Below are positions 53,391 to 62,770 of a stretch of 64,000 nucleotides of DNA, piece by piece; positions within the stretch are counted from its first letter, which is position 1, and the number at the start of each line of letters is the position of its first letter. The notes beneath the pieces are model-generated. The model made no database searches. It was given only the letters and a program-made list of their open reading frames with translations, and was not told the DNA's origin. Position numbers and translations under genes: made by a program. Source of the stretch: an uncultured Christensenella sp. (GTDB lineage: Bacteria; Bacillota; Clostridia; Christensenellales; UBA1242); NCBI GenBank assembly GCA_910586385.1, contig CAJUGX010000004.1, forward strand, positions 54,862 through 118,861, in the 5' to 3' direction.

Positions 53391-54855
53391 ACCTTTCTCC
53401 TTTATTGCCGGTGTAAACAGGACTGCTCTCTTTGAAAAGTCCATACACAGCATCAAAGTCATTGTAAGGACGTTTGACAGTCCCCACCTCTTGATATTTC
53501 TCTGCTCCCTTGCCAGCAACAACAATTATGTCACCCTCACGTGCAAAATCAATCATCTTCTTTATGGCAGTCTTTCTGTCTGGCTCAACCATATGAGGCT
53601 TTGTCATACCACTTTCAATGTCGGCAATGATGTCCGCCGATTTCTCAAGCCTTGGATTGTCGTCAGTGAGACAAACATAGTCCGCATACTGCTCAGCAAT
53701 TGCTCCCATCTGAGGACGCTTGCCCTTGTCACGATTTCCACCGCATCCAAAGATGACATAGAGTTTGTTTTCAGTCAGCGTCCTTGCAGTCTTCAGCACA
53801 TTCATAAGCCCGTCTGGCGAATGTGCAAAATCAATCACCACATAACGACCAGTGTAATTGATGACATTAAATCTTCCTTCGACAGGGTTTACATATGCAA
53901 GACCTCTTGACAGTCCCTCATCATCAATGCCAAGTTTTTGACAAACACAAAGACTTGCAAGAGAGTTGTAAACATTGTAATCTCCAATCAAATTTGTTTT
54001 GATTGCCATAACGCTGTCGCAGACATTTGCAACAAAACTTGTGCCGTTCATAGAGCAACATGTGTCAATTGCAAAACAATCCGCCGGATTTTTGATACCA
54101 TAAGAGACAATAGGCACATCGCACACACCATAAATATGTCTTGCACGCTCATCATCCACACAAACAACAGCACTCTTTATGTGGTCGCTGTTGAAAAATG
54201 ATAGTTTTGCCTTTTCATAAGCATCCATTGTCCCGAAATAATCCAAATGGTCTTGCGTGATGTTTGTCAAAACACCAACCTCAAACTTTATCCCGTTCAC
54301 CCTCTTCTGGACGATGGCATGTGCAGAAACTTCCATTACGACATACTCAACCCCAGCATTTTTCATATCAAGAAAGGTCTTGTGCAAAAAGTCCGCATCT
54401 GGAGTTGTCAATGGACAGTCAAGAGTATTTCCGTTGTAATAAACACCATTTGTCCCAATGACTCCAACCGACTTGTTGTTCCGCTTCAAAATTTCACCAA
54501 TGACATAAGAAGTGGTGGTCTTTCCATTTGTCCCTGAGATTCCAACAATCTTCAAATCATCGCAAGCACGCTCATAAAAATTTGCCGCAGCCTTTGCAAA
54601 CAAATCTCTCACATCTTGACATACGACCACATCGTCACCAACTTCAATGCCACTCAAGACAAGAAGGGCACCTTTCTTTTTTGCTTTCTTGCACCTGTCA
54701 CTTGCTTTTTGCAAATCAGAAGTCAAACAGAAAAAGATTGTGTCTTTTTCCACTTTATCTACATCTTTTGTAAGAAGTCTGACCTCTCGCCCTCGAAATG
54801 CTTTCAGGCAACGATCTGAGATAAACTTGTTGTCAAAAATCTTTTCAAAAACCAT
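53380..54855 (-). CDS. murE: UDP-N-acetylmuramoyl-L-alanyl-D-glutamate--2,6-diaminopimelate ligase
   Basis: GISGTNGKTTT, and LTDDNPR (the DNPR motif associated with meso-DAP-adding MurE). Confidence 0.88.
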   Translation of the reverse strand: MVFEKIFDNKFISDRCLKAFRGREVRLLTKDVDKVEKDTIFFCLTSDLQKASDRCKKAKKKGALLVLSGIEVGDDVVVCQDVRDLFAKAAANFYERACDDLKIVGISGTNGKTTTSYVIGEILKRNNKSVGVIGTNGVYYNGNTLDCPLTTPDADFLHKTFLDMKNAGVEYVVMEVSAHAIVQKRVNGIKFEVGVLTNITQDHLDYFGTMDAYEKAKLSFFNSDHIKSAVVCVDDERARHIYGVCDVPIVSYGIKNPADCFAIDTCCSMNGTSFVANVCDSVMAIKTNLIGDYNVYNSLASLCVCQKLGIDDEGLSRGLAYVNPVEGRFNVINYTGRYVVIDFAHSPDGLMNVLKTARTLTENKLYVIFGCGGNRDKGKRPQMGAIAEQYADYVCLTDDNPRLEKSADIIADIESGMTKPHMVEPDRKTAIKKMIDFAREGDIIVVAGKGAEKYQEVGTVKRPYNDFDAVYGLFKESSPVYTGNKGERYGC

Positions 54856-54942
54856 AACAACTCCTTTCGCTTCATTTTAATAGGTGTCAATCATGTTTGA
54901 TATGCCAAAACAAAATAAGTCACTTTAAGACAAAATTTGCAC

Positions 54943-56064
54943 CTACTTTTTGCTTCCTATCTTTACTTCTTCAAAAATTTTCAAGGCATCGCTCTCAAAA
55001 GTTGTGCGAAGTCGCCTTTTTTTGTCTCTTTCAGAAAAACTCTCTTCAATGAGTGCTCGCAACAATTCTTTGAATGGAACATCTTTGAAAAGGTAAAATG
55101 CAAGAGAGCCCGGGATGGAGTTTATCTCATTTACATAAAGCACTTTTCCCGCCTCATCATACAAGAAATCAACTCTCACAACGCCCTTGCAATCAAAAAG
55201 TTCATAGACATTTTCAGTGAGGCGTGCCACCTTCTTTGCAAGGTTTTTGTCGACCTCTTTGTTTTTTGCGTGCTCGCTCAAATACTTGTCTTCAAAGGTA
55301 AAAATGTTTGTTTTGTTTTTTACCTCATTGACACTTGACGATATCAATTCTTCTCTAAAAGAGAAGCACGCACAGTTAAACTCTCTCAAGTTTTGCACCA
55401 ACACTTCAATCAAAACTTTTTCGTCAAAAGAAAATGCAAGCGAAAGCGCTTCTTCAAGTTTTGATTCATCTTCGCAGATTGATATCCCAATGCTGCTTCC
55501 AAGATTTGCAGGTTTGACAATCATAGGAAAAGACAATGCCTTTGCAACCTCTCTCAACTTTTCCTCTTTGTTTCTCTCATATTCACATTTGCGCAATGAA
55601 ACATACTTTGGCGATGGAATGCCATTTGCATCAAAAACATCTTTCATGAAAACTTTGTCCATGCAGAGAGCAGAAGATGTCACCCCACATGATGTCTGTG
55701 AAATGTCACAACATTCAAAAAGGCCTTGGACTGAGCCATCTTCACCGACACGTCCATGACAACAGTTGAGCACTGTTGAAATTTTGCACATATGCACAAA
55801 TCTTCCATTCTTCTTCACGAGAAGATCATTCTCCCCCAAAACAAGAGTGACTCGTTTTTTGGCTTTTGCGTTTTTCTTGAAGTTTTGAAACACTTTGATA
55901 TTTTCAAGATTGTCAGCAGTCCACCAAAGCCCTTCTTTGTCTATGTAGATTGGGATATATGAATACTCAGCAGGCAAAAACCTCATCGTTTGGATTGCCG
56001 TGATGATTGAGATGTCATGTTCAACACTCGTCCCACCAAACAGAATCGCAATTTTTTCTTTCAT
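54943..56064 (-). CDS. ddl: D-alanine--D-alanine ligase
   Basis: KIAILFGGTSVEHDISI..., ATP-grasp (VKPANLGSSIGI, EINSIPG). Confidence 0.92.
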   Translation of the reverse strand: MKEKIAILFGGTSVEHDISIITAIQTMRFLPAEYSYIPIYIDKEGLWWTADNLENIKVFQNFKKNAKAKKRVTLVLGENDLLVKKNGRFVHMCKISTVLNCCHGRVGEDGSVQGLFECCDISQTSCGVTSSALCMDKVFMKDVFDANGIPSPKYVSLRKCEYERNKEEKLREVAKALSFPMIVKPANLGSSIGISICEDESKLEEALSLAFSFDEKVLIEVLVQNLREFNCACFSFREELISSSVNEVKNKTNIFTFEDKYLSEHAKNKEVDKNLAKKVARLTENVYELFDCKGVVRVDFLYDEAGKVLYVNEINSIPGSLAFYLFKDVPFKELLRALIEESFSERDKKRRLRTTFESDALKIFEEVKIGSKK

Positions 56065-56111
56065 AAAAATTCTCCTTAACTTTATTTATTATGAAAAATT
56101 TCTGACATGTG

Positions 56112-57530
56112 TCATCGAATGTTGTCAGGAAAGTCATTTTCAAAAAGCACCACATCCCCTTTTTGCAAGATGGACTTCAGAAGAATTTGTTGCTCTTTTC
56201 TTGTCTTTGCGTAGAAAATCTGCTCGTCTCGCATGCCGGACTCTTTTGCCCCTTTAGAAAGATTTTCTTTGTTTGCCTCATTCATGATGACAAAAATGTC
56301 AGCAACCTCTCCGACCAGTTTACCCGCCAAAAAATTTTGCTCGGCTTGTGATGAGCCAAGTTCCACCATCCCTGGAGAGACAACCACTCTTCTAGTCTTA
56401 AATTGTGAAATGGTTTTAAGAGCTTCCTTAAACCCGTCTATGTTGCTGTTGTAAGAATCATCAATCACATCAACAAACTCACCTTTGATAAGCTCAAGTC
56501 TGTGAGGGGCTGATTGAAGTTTCTCAATCGCCTTGTGCACAGAATACAAACTCTCTCCCAAAAGGTAAGCCATAGTGCCAGCAACCACAATGTTGTCAAT
56601 GTTTGAGCTTCCCAAAAGTTTTGTCTGGCAATCAAACTTTTGCCCATCAATCACAAAGACAAACTTTGAGCCTTGAGGTGTTGCCTGAATATCCTCCGCA
56701 TAAGCAAAACTGCCCTTTTCACATACAAGATATTTTTTGTGCTTATATCTGTCATAGAGTTTTTTTGTCGATGAACTTTTCCCATTGAAGACAACCAAAT
56801 CTTTTGTCGCTTCGCAAAGCTCGTACTTTGTGTCTTCAATCTTTTCAATCGTACCAAAACTTTCCAGATGACAACTTCCAATCGGAGTCATTATCCCAAA
56901 ATCGACACCTACAAAGTCTGCCAAAAATTTGATATCTCCACTGTGTCTTGCACCCATCTCAACAATAAAGAAATCATCCGTCTCTTTCAGGTTTTCCAAA
57001 ATTGCTTTTGACACCCCCATAGGCGTGTTGAAACTTTTTGGAGTTGCACAAACATCAAATTCTTCTTTCAAAATTTGATACAAAAAGTTTTTTGTTGACG
57101 TCTTGCCAAAACTTCCAGTTATGCCAATTTTTTTACCAGAAAAACCCTTCAGTTTCTTCTTTGCTTTCTTAATAAAATGAATTTTTATTGTTTTTTCAAT
57201 GGGCTCAGCCAATAAATATGGCGCGCATAAAATAAATGGATAATAAATTCCACTCAAAATAATTGGAATAATTAAATAAATATTTTTAATTAAATAAAAT
57301 ATTACAAAAAAATATAAAAAATTAAATAAAAATATAATAAAAATCAATCTTTTTATTCTTTTTGTAAACGCCAGAGTGCTTTTGCCACCGAATAAAAACG
57401 GATTTTTAATAATTATTTTTATATAATTTTTTATTTTATAATTTTCTAATTGAAATGCCTTAATAAAAATAATTGAAAAAATGGTAAATATTATTGAAAT
57501 AATTGTCGAATAAATTACAAACATTTTCAC
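56112..57530 (-). CDS. murF: MurF-type UDP-MurNAc-tripeptide--D-Ala-D-Ala ligase with a hydrophobic multi-TM N-terminal region replacing the usual N-terminal domain
   Basis: GITGSFGKTSTK, KSFNTPMGV, SAPHRLELI, VIDDSYNSN and SPGMVELG match MurF central and C-terminal motifs. The first ~125 aa are Ile/Phe/Lys/Tyr-rich predicted TM helices encoded by extremely AT-rich DNA. Confidence 0.78.
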   Translation of the reverse strand: MKMFVIYSTIISIIFTIFSIIFIKAFQLENYKIKNYIKIIIKNPFLFGGKSTLAFTKRIKRLIFIIFLFNFLYFFVIFYLIKNIYLIIPIILSGIYYPFILCAPYLLAEPIEKTIKIHFIKKAKKKLKGFSGKKIGITGSFGKTSTKNFLYQILKEEFDVCATPKSFNTPMGVSKAILENLKETDDFFIVEMGARHSGDIKFLADFVGVDFGIMTPIGSCHLESFGTIEKIEDTKYELCEATKDLVVFNGKSSSTKKLYDRYKHKKYLVCEKGSFAYAEDIQATPQGSKFVFVIDGQKFDCQTKLLGSSNIDNIVVAGTMAYLLGESLYSVHKAIEKLQSAPHRLELIKGEFVDVIDDSYNSNIDGFKEALKTISQFKTRRVVVSPGMVELGSSQAEQNFLAGKLVGEVADIFVIMNEANKENLSKGAKESGMRDEQIFYAKTRKEQQILLKSILQKGDVVLFENDFPDNIR

Positions 57531-58249
57531 CTCTTAAGTAAAAATTCTTTCAAGACTACTGAAAACTCCAATTTTCTGTCAACGAAAGAAAAATGTCCCG
57601 CATCTTCCAAAATCACAAGGGTCGAATTTTTGATTTTCCTGTGAAGTCGTTTTGCCATGTAGATAGGAGTTGTCTGATCGTCACGACCAAACACAATCAA
57701 TGTGTCACATTTTATGTAGGGAAGAAATTCGTCCAAATGAGTGCTCACAATGCTGTTGAACACTTTTCTCATTTCAGGCTCAAGCGCAAGATAGTCACAA
57801 CTGCCATATTTTGAAACATTCATCTTCAACTTTTTCTTCAGTTTGTAAATGCCAACCTTTGCATAATAAGACAGGCTTCGTCTTGGCTTTGTGCCAGCAC
57901 TGTCAATAAGCACAAGTGCATTTGTCTCATCTTTGCAAAGCACTGAAACAATCGTTGCGATTCTTCCTCCAAACGAATGTCCGATAAGATTGAATCTGTT
58001 TATCTTGAGTTTCTTGCACAATGCTATGAGCATATTTGCATATGTGAAAACATTCCAATCTGGCAAGCTTTTCCCGCTCTCTCCAAATGGTGGAAAATCC
58101 ACAAAAAGGCAACTGTTTTTTGTCAGGTTTCGGCAGAAAAATAGACTCATGTGATCACAGCCCCAACCATGCAAAAAGACATCTGTTGTTTCCGATTTTC
58201 TATCTATGTATTTATAAAAGATTTCACAATCCCGATATTCATACTTCAT
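57527..58249 (-). CDS. alpha/beta hydrolase
   Basis: FLHGWGCD...LIGHSFGGRIA (GxSxG)...DAGHF. The stop overlaps the murF start (4 nt), and it begins 11 nt after murC. Confidence 0.75.
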   Translation of the reverse strand: MKYEYRDCEIFYKYIDRKSETTDVFLHGWGCDHMSLFFCRNLTKNSCLFVDFPPFGESGKSLPDWNVFTYANMLIALCKKLKINRFNLIGHSFGGRIATIVSVLCKDETNALVLIDSAGTKPRRSLSYYAKVGIYKLKKKLKMNVSKYGSCDYLALEPEMRKVFNSIVSTHLDEFLPYIKCDTLIVFGRDDQTTPIYMAKRLHRKIKNSTLVILEDAGHFSFVDRKLEFSVVLKEFLLKR

Positions 58250-58260
58250 ACAAAATCATT

Positions 58261-59559
58261 CTATGAAAGAAATTTATTTTTGTGTAAAATCGCTGGCAGA
58301 TCCCCCGCCCCAACAAACATCAGCACGTCTTTTCTGCAAAGCTCTCCAATCAACTTTTGCAATTGGTCAAAATCATCGGCATACTTTGTGTTTGGATTTT
58401 TCTCCACCAAAACTCCTGCAAGGTCTTTTGCGCTCACGCCATCACTTTCTTTTTCTCGAGCGGAATAAGTCTTATACAAAATCGGCACATCGACCACCCT
58501 CAAAACCTCAATAAATTTTTCAAAGAAGTCTCTAGTTCTGCTGAAAGTGTGCGGTTGGAAAACAACAACAAGTCGTCTCTTTTTGAATATCTTCCTCGCT
58601 GATGAAATCGCCTTTTCAATCTCTGTCGGATGATGCGAATAGTCGCACAAGACATCATCAAACTTGTCACAGACAACCCTCTCAAATCTGGTTTTGACGC
58701 CTTTGAAATTTTCAAGCCCCGTCTTTATCTCTTCATCAGAAAGTCCCAGAAGCCTGCAAACTCGATAAGCATATATGCAATTTTGCGAGTTTATATCTTC
58801 ACATATGTGCAAATTTAGTCGCATGAGTTTTTTGCCATTTTCACAAAGATTGAATGACAGCTGCCCATTCTTTTTGTGTCTGAGATTTTTGGCAGAGAAT
58901 CCACCATCCCCCTCAACGACAAATTTTGATTGAAACCGAAACTTTTCAAATGACTCAAGTTGTCTGTCAAATGTCTTGAAATAATCCATGTGTTCTGGCT
59001 CAACATTTGTCACAACACTTATAAATGGGTGAAGATTCAGAAAGTTGTCACAATACTCACACGCCTCCGTGACAAAAATCTCTTTCCCTCCGACATAAAA
59101 GTTTTTTCCATCCTCACACCTAAACCCGCCAAGATGCAGGCTCGGGTTCTTTTGAGCACATTTCAAGACCTCATAAATCATTGCAGTGGTTGTGGTTTTT
59201 CCATGAGAGCCCGCCACTGCCAGCACCTTGTAATATTCATCCGAAATCGCCCCAAGAAGTTGACCTCGCGAGAAAATTTTCTTCCCAAACCTTTGAGCTG
59301 CACTCAAAAATTCATTTCCAGTTTTTATTGCTGAAGAGCAAACAACATAATCCGCCTCGGCAATCTTTCTTTCGTCCAACTCAAAATCAACAACAACTCC
59401 CCTCTCCTCAAGCATCACAACTGCATCGGATCTGCTTGAATCACTTCCTCCAACAATGTTTCCACTTTCTTTCAGAAAAATGGCAAGAGCGGACATTGAG
59501 ATTCCACCAATGCCAAGCAGATAAAATCTTTTTCCTTTGTTCAATTCGATATTTTCCAT
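58261..59559 (-). CDS. murC: UDP-N-acetylmuramate--L-alanine ligase
   Basis: FYLLGIGGISMSALA, VAGSHGKTTTTAM. Confidence 0.9.
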   Translation of the reverse strand: MENIELNKGKRFYLLGIGGISMSALAIFLKESGNIVGGSDSSRSDAVVMLEERGVVVDFELDERKIAEADYVVCSSAIKTGNEFLSAAQRFGKKIFSRGQLLGAISDEYYKVLAVAGSHGKTTTTAMIYEVLKCAQKNPSLHLGGFRCEDGKNFYVGGKEIFVTEACEYCDNFLNLHPFISVVTNVEPEHMDYFKTFDRQLESFEKFRFQSKFVVEGDGGFSAKNLRHKKNGQLSFNLCENGKKLMRLNLHICEDINSQNCIYAYRVCRLLGLSDEEIKTGLENFKGVKTRFERVVCDKFDDVLCDYSHHPTEIEKAISSARKIFKKRRLVVVFQPHTFSRTRDFFEKFIEVLRVVDVPILYKTYSAREKESDGVSAKDLAGVLVEKNPNTKYADDFDQLQKLIGELCRKDVLMFVGAGDLPAILHKNKFLS

Positions 59560-59681
59560 GTTAATGTCTATGAATTACAAAAATAATTTGTCAAATAGTC
59601 AAATTCTTTTGCAAAATTTTGCCAGTGTGTTATAATGAAAATGACCAAAAGGTTAAATATAAAAAAGGAAGGTACACAAAC

Positions 59682-59957
59682 TTGAATATCACAGACGTAA
59701 GAATTAGACTTGTAAACAACGATGAAAAACTTAAGGCAGTTGCATCAATCACAATCGACAACGAATTTGTTGTTCACGATTTGAAAGTAATTGATGGAAA
59801 AGATGGATATTTCCTTTCAATGCCAAGAAGAAAAGTAAACGATGGAGAATACAAAGACATCGTTCACCCAATCAAAACTGAAGTAAGAACAGATCTTACA
59901 AAGTTGATTCTTGAAGCATATGAAAAGGCTGTTGCTGAAGCAAATGCTAATGCTTAA
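59682..59957 (+). CDS. spoVG: septation/sporulation regulator SpoVG
   Basis: (L)NITDVRIRLVNNDEKLKAVASITIDNEFVVHDLKVIDGKDGYFLSMPRRK. TTG start at 59682 with AAGGAAGG 8 nt upstream; the ORF-track N-terminus is an artefact. Confidence 0.9.
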   Translation: MNITDVRIRLVNNDEKLKAVASITIDNEFVVHDLKVIDGKDGYFLSMPRRKVNDGEYKDIVHPIKTEVRTDLTKLILEAYEKAVAEANANA

Positions 59958-59966
59958 CAAAAAATA

Positions 59967-59996
59967 AAAGGCTACAAATATTTGTAGCCTTTTTTA
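59967..59996. terminator. rho-independent terminator (spoVG / ypeB convergent)
   Basis: aaggctacaaa / tttgtagcctt stem plus a T-run. Confidence 0.75.
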
Positions 59997-60011
59997 TTGC
60001 CTTTTGCCGCC

Positions 60012-61391
60012 TTACATAAGTTTGCTTCCATCAGTTGTCTCAACAACTTTCAAGATGTTTTCCTCAATTCCTGTTTTTGCATTTATGTAGATATAATATG
60101 TCGCATTGTCCCTTTGACACTCAAATTCCCAACACAAAACCTCTCTATTGAAGTCAAGCGGGCTCAAACACAATCTCCCATCACCGATCTCAAAGGATTT
60201 GTCAATCACAGCTCTTGCATCATCTTTCGTGATTTCTGCCTTGTCAAGCGACCTTTCTTTGTGGTTTGTAAGATAAGCAATTGCATCATACCCAACCACA
60301 TTGCCGTATTCAAGGTCAACTTTTACCTTGACAAGATCTGGATAGAGGATTATCCCGTTTTGCACTGGTGCAAGATTGAAATAGATTTGATCGTCAAGTT
60401 CTTGATGCCAAACGACTTTCGCCCCATCAATGCCTGTGATTTTCGCAAAATCGAGGGCAATCTTTTCGGCCTGCTCATAATCAAAGTTTTTCACACCAGA
60501 CTCATTGTGTCCACTAACATTCAAAATATGCCCGCCAACTTTTGTCGCCTGAACGAACAATTTTTGTCCATCAGCATTTCTCACCACAAAGTTGAAAGTC
60601 TTAAACTTTCCATTTGTCTGCCCATCATATTTGAGATTGGTCGCATTTTTGAAAATTTCATCAACTTTTGTGTGGACTTCTTCTTTGGTCATCTCTTTCC
60701 CAGAAAGCCCCTCAACCTTTTTGTTTACAACAGAATCAGAGAATGGACCATCATAAATCATTGTTGGATAATCACTTTCATCTGCGTGCATTTGTCCAAA
60801 GTCTAAATTGAAATCATCAAAATCGCCATGACGCTTTTTCCTTGCTTTGACAATGTTGTAACCATTTATCATACGATCTGACATCTTGTTTAAGAAGAGT
60901 TTCATTTCTGTCAAAGACTCATGCATTTTCTCCAAAACTTCCAAGTCGCTTTGAGAGAGTGGTTCTCCACTTTGAATCTTCTCTTCCAAAATCTGGGTGT
61001 ATCCTGACATCTGATTGATAAATCTCACACTTTGCATGATTGAATCTCCAGAAAGTGGCATTGCAGCAATGTTACCTTGCATCTCTTTTGAGTCCTGAGA
61101 AATCTCTGCAAGCATCTTTGCTTGATATTTTTGGTCATCTGACGCCAACAATTTGCTTATGTTTGTGTCAACTGAATTGGCATTCTCAACCAATTCGAAA
61201 TAGTTTTTCTTGTAGATGTTTTCAAGTTGAGTTGAATAATCCCCAGCTTGCGACATTGACACTCCGTATGCAATCCCAAGGCCAACAGTGCTTGCACCCA
61301 AAATCCCTGTCGCGATAGAGAGTCCAATCACAGCCCCCTTATATTTGTTTTTCTTTTTGCTTTTTCTGTTTTCAGTTTTTTCGTTTTCCAT
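60012..61391 (-). CDS. ypeB: germination protein YpeB
   Basis: N-terminal TM, a long helical region, C-terminal PepSY-like repeats, directly downstream of sleB. Confidence 0.8.
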   Translation of the reverse strand: MENEKTENRKSKKKNKYKGAVIGLSIATGILGASTVGLGIAYGVSMSQAGDYSTQLENIYKKNYFELVENANSVDTNISKLLASDDQKYQAKMLAEISQDSKEMQGNIAAMPLSGDSIMQSVRFINQMSGYTQILEEKIQSGEPLSQSDLEVLEKMHESLTEMKLFLNKMSDRMINGYNIVKARKKRHGDFDDFNLDFGQMHADESDYPTMIYDGPFSDSVVNKKVEGLSGKEMTKEEVHTKVDEIFKNATNLKYDGQTNGKFKTFNFVVRNADGQKLFVQATKVGGHILNVSGHNESGVKNFDYEQAEKIALDFAKITGIDGAKVVWHQELDDQIYFNLAPVQNGIILYPDLVKVKVDLEYGNVVGYDAIAYLTNHKERSLDKAEITKDDARAVIDKSFEIGDGRLCLSPLDFNREVLCWEFECQRDNATYYIYINAKTGIEENILKVVETTDGSKLM

Positions 61392-61400
61392 ACTCTCTCC

Positions 61401-62102
61401 TTAAATTGCGAAAATGTGATTCCCAATTGTGATTGTTGTTGTCTTTGTATAAATCCACTTGCTTGTTGCAGTCTTCGCATTGTAATAATAGAGTGCACCA
61501 TATGTAGGATCCCAACCATTGAGAGCGTCTCTCGCCGCATTGTACGCGGTTTGGTTTGGCGAGAGATTGATTTGTCCATCATTAACTGCAGTGAATGCCC
61601 AAGGCTGATAAATCACACCTGAAATTGTGTTTGGAAAATCTGGACTCTTCACTCTGTTTAAGATAACTGCCGCAACAGCAACTTGTCCAACATAACTCTC
61701 ACCACGAGCCTCCGCATGGATACACTTTGCAAGAAGATGCAAGTCACTGCTTGAGATAGAGCTGTTGTCAGTCTTATTTGAAGTTGTCCCCAAACTCATG
61801 CCAAGTGCCGCTGCAGTCTTTGGTCCGACAACGCCATCCACTGCAAGTCCATTTTTCCTTTGGAAAGATTTGACAGCTGCTTTTGTTTTCGTCCCATAAA
61901 TTCCATCAACACTGCCAGTGTAGTATCCCCAGTTTTTAAGTTTTGTCTGGACTGTTTTCACTTGAGATTTCGAAAGCGTCGCAGCAAGAGCAATCTCAAC
62001 GTGTGGCTGCTGAACATATGTAGCAACTGTTGCAGCCCCACCCATAGACAAGATTGCAAGCGCAACAGAAAGCCCCACCGTAGCCATTTTTTTCTTCTTC
62101 AT
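61401..62102 (-). CDS. sleB: spore cortex-lytic enzyme SleB
   Basis: Signal peptide, a PG-binding domain (VKTVQTKLKNWGYYTGSVDGIYG), and a catalytic domain (LLAKCIHAEARGESYVGQVAVAAVILNRV...YQPWAFTAV). Confidence 0.88.
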   Translation of the reverse strand: MKKKKMATVGLSVALAILSMGGAATVATYVQQPHVEIALAATLSKSQVKTVQTKLKNWGYYTGSVDGIYGTKTKAAVKSFQRKNGLAVDGVVGPKTAAALGMSLGTTSNKTDNSSISSSDLHLLAKCIHAEARGESYVGQVAVAAVILNRVKSPDFPNTISGVIYQPWAFTAVNDGQINLSPNQTAYNAARDALNGWDPTYGALYYYNAKTATSKWIYTKTTTITIGNHIFAI

Positions 62103-62117
62103 GTAATTTTCTCCTTT

Positions 62118-62645
62118 TTATCTTGATGTTACACTTTGTATTGTGTCCCAAATTTTTGAAATATACTCCAAATTTTGCGGATTTTTTGTTGAGGTAAAAC
62201 ACACAGCAGGAAAAACAACGCACCACCAGTTGTCACCTTTTGCAGCCCCCAAATCAATTTTCAATGACTGATAAATGCCAGACTCCAAAACAAAGTCATC
62301 ATAATATCTCGTAGGCATTTTCTCTTCAAGCAGCGACACCTCAGCCAAATATCTCACGCCATTTGCCATAAGGGTGTCATTTGCAACAGCCTCAATTTTT
62401 CGAAGGTTTGCTCTCACCAATTCTTCCGCCTGCTCTTTGTTTTCTGCTTCTGCAAGAGTTGGAATCAAAAAATCGACAACAGCATCTTTGACTTTGTACT
62501 TTATGTTTTTGTCAAAGTCAGAGTTTGAGTTTGCCGTGATATGAATACGCACATAATCATCATTGACATTTTCGACCTTTCTTGTGCAAAAGAAAACCGC
62601 ACAAAGCACTGCTACAACACCAAAAAATGAAAGAATATATTTCAT
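62118..62645 (-). CDS. spoIIR: stage II sporulation protein R
   Basis: VRIHITANSNSDFDKNIKYKVKDAVVDFL...GDNWWCVVFP. Confidence 0.85.
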   Translation of the reverse strand: MKYILSFFGVVAVLCAVFFCTRKVENVNDDYVRIHITANSNSDFDKNIKYKVKDAVVDFLIPTLAEAENKEQAEELVRANLRKIEAVANDTLMANGVRYLAEVSLLEEKMPTRYYDDFVLESGIYQSLKIDLGAAKGDNWWCVVFPAVCFTSTKNPQNLEYISKIWDTIQSVTSR

Positions 62646-62770
62646 AAAACCGCCCCTTTCTACAACAAGTTTTGACTATGACAAAAAGAAAAAACCGCAA
62701 AAATACTCAGTTTTTGCAGTTTTTACTCAAAAAATCAAATTTTTGAAGGGAATTTATCTTTTGTAAATGT

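Noticed and set aside
59997-60806. 269-aa plus-strand ORF
   Set aside because: It is antisense to ypeB, whose translation has clear YpeB character. The plus-frame protein is low-complexity (Phe/Ile/Cys-rich) with no RBS.
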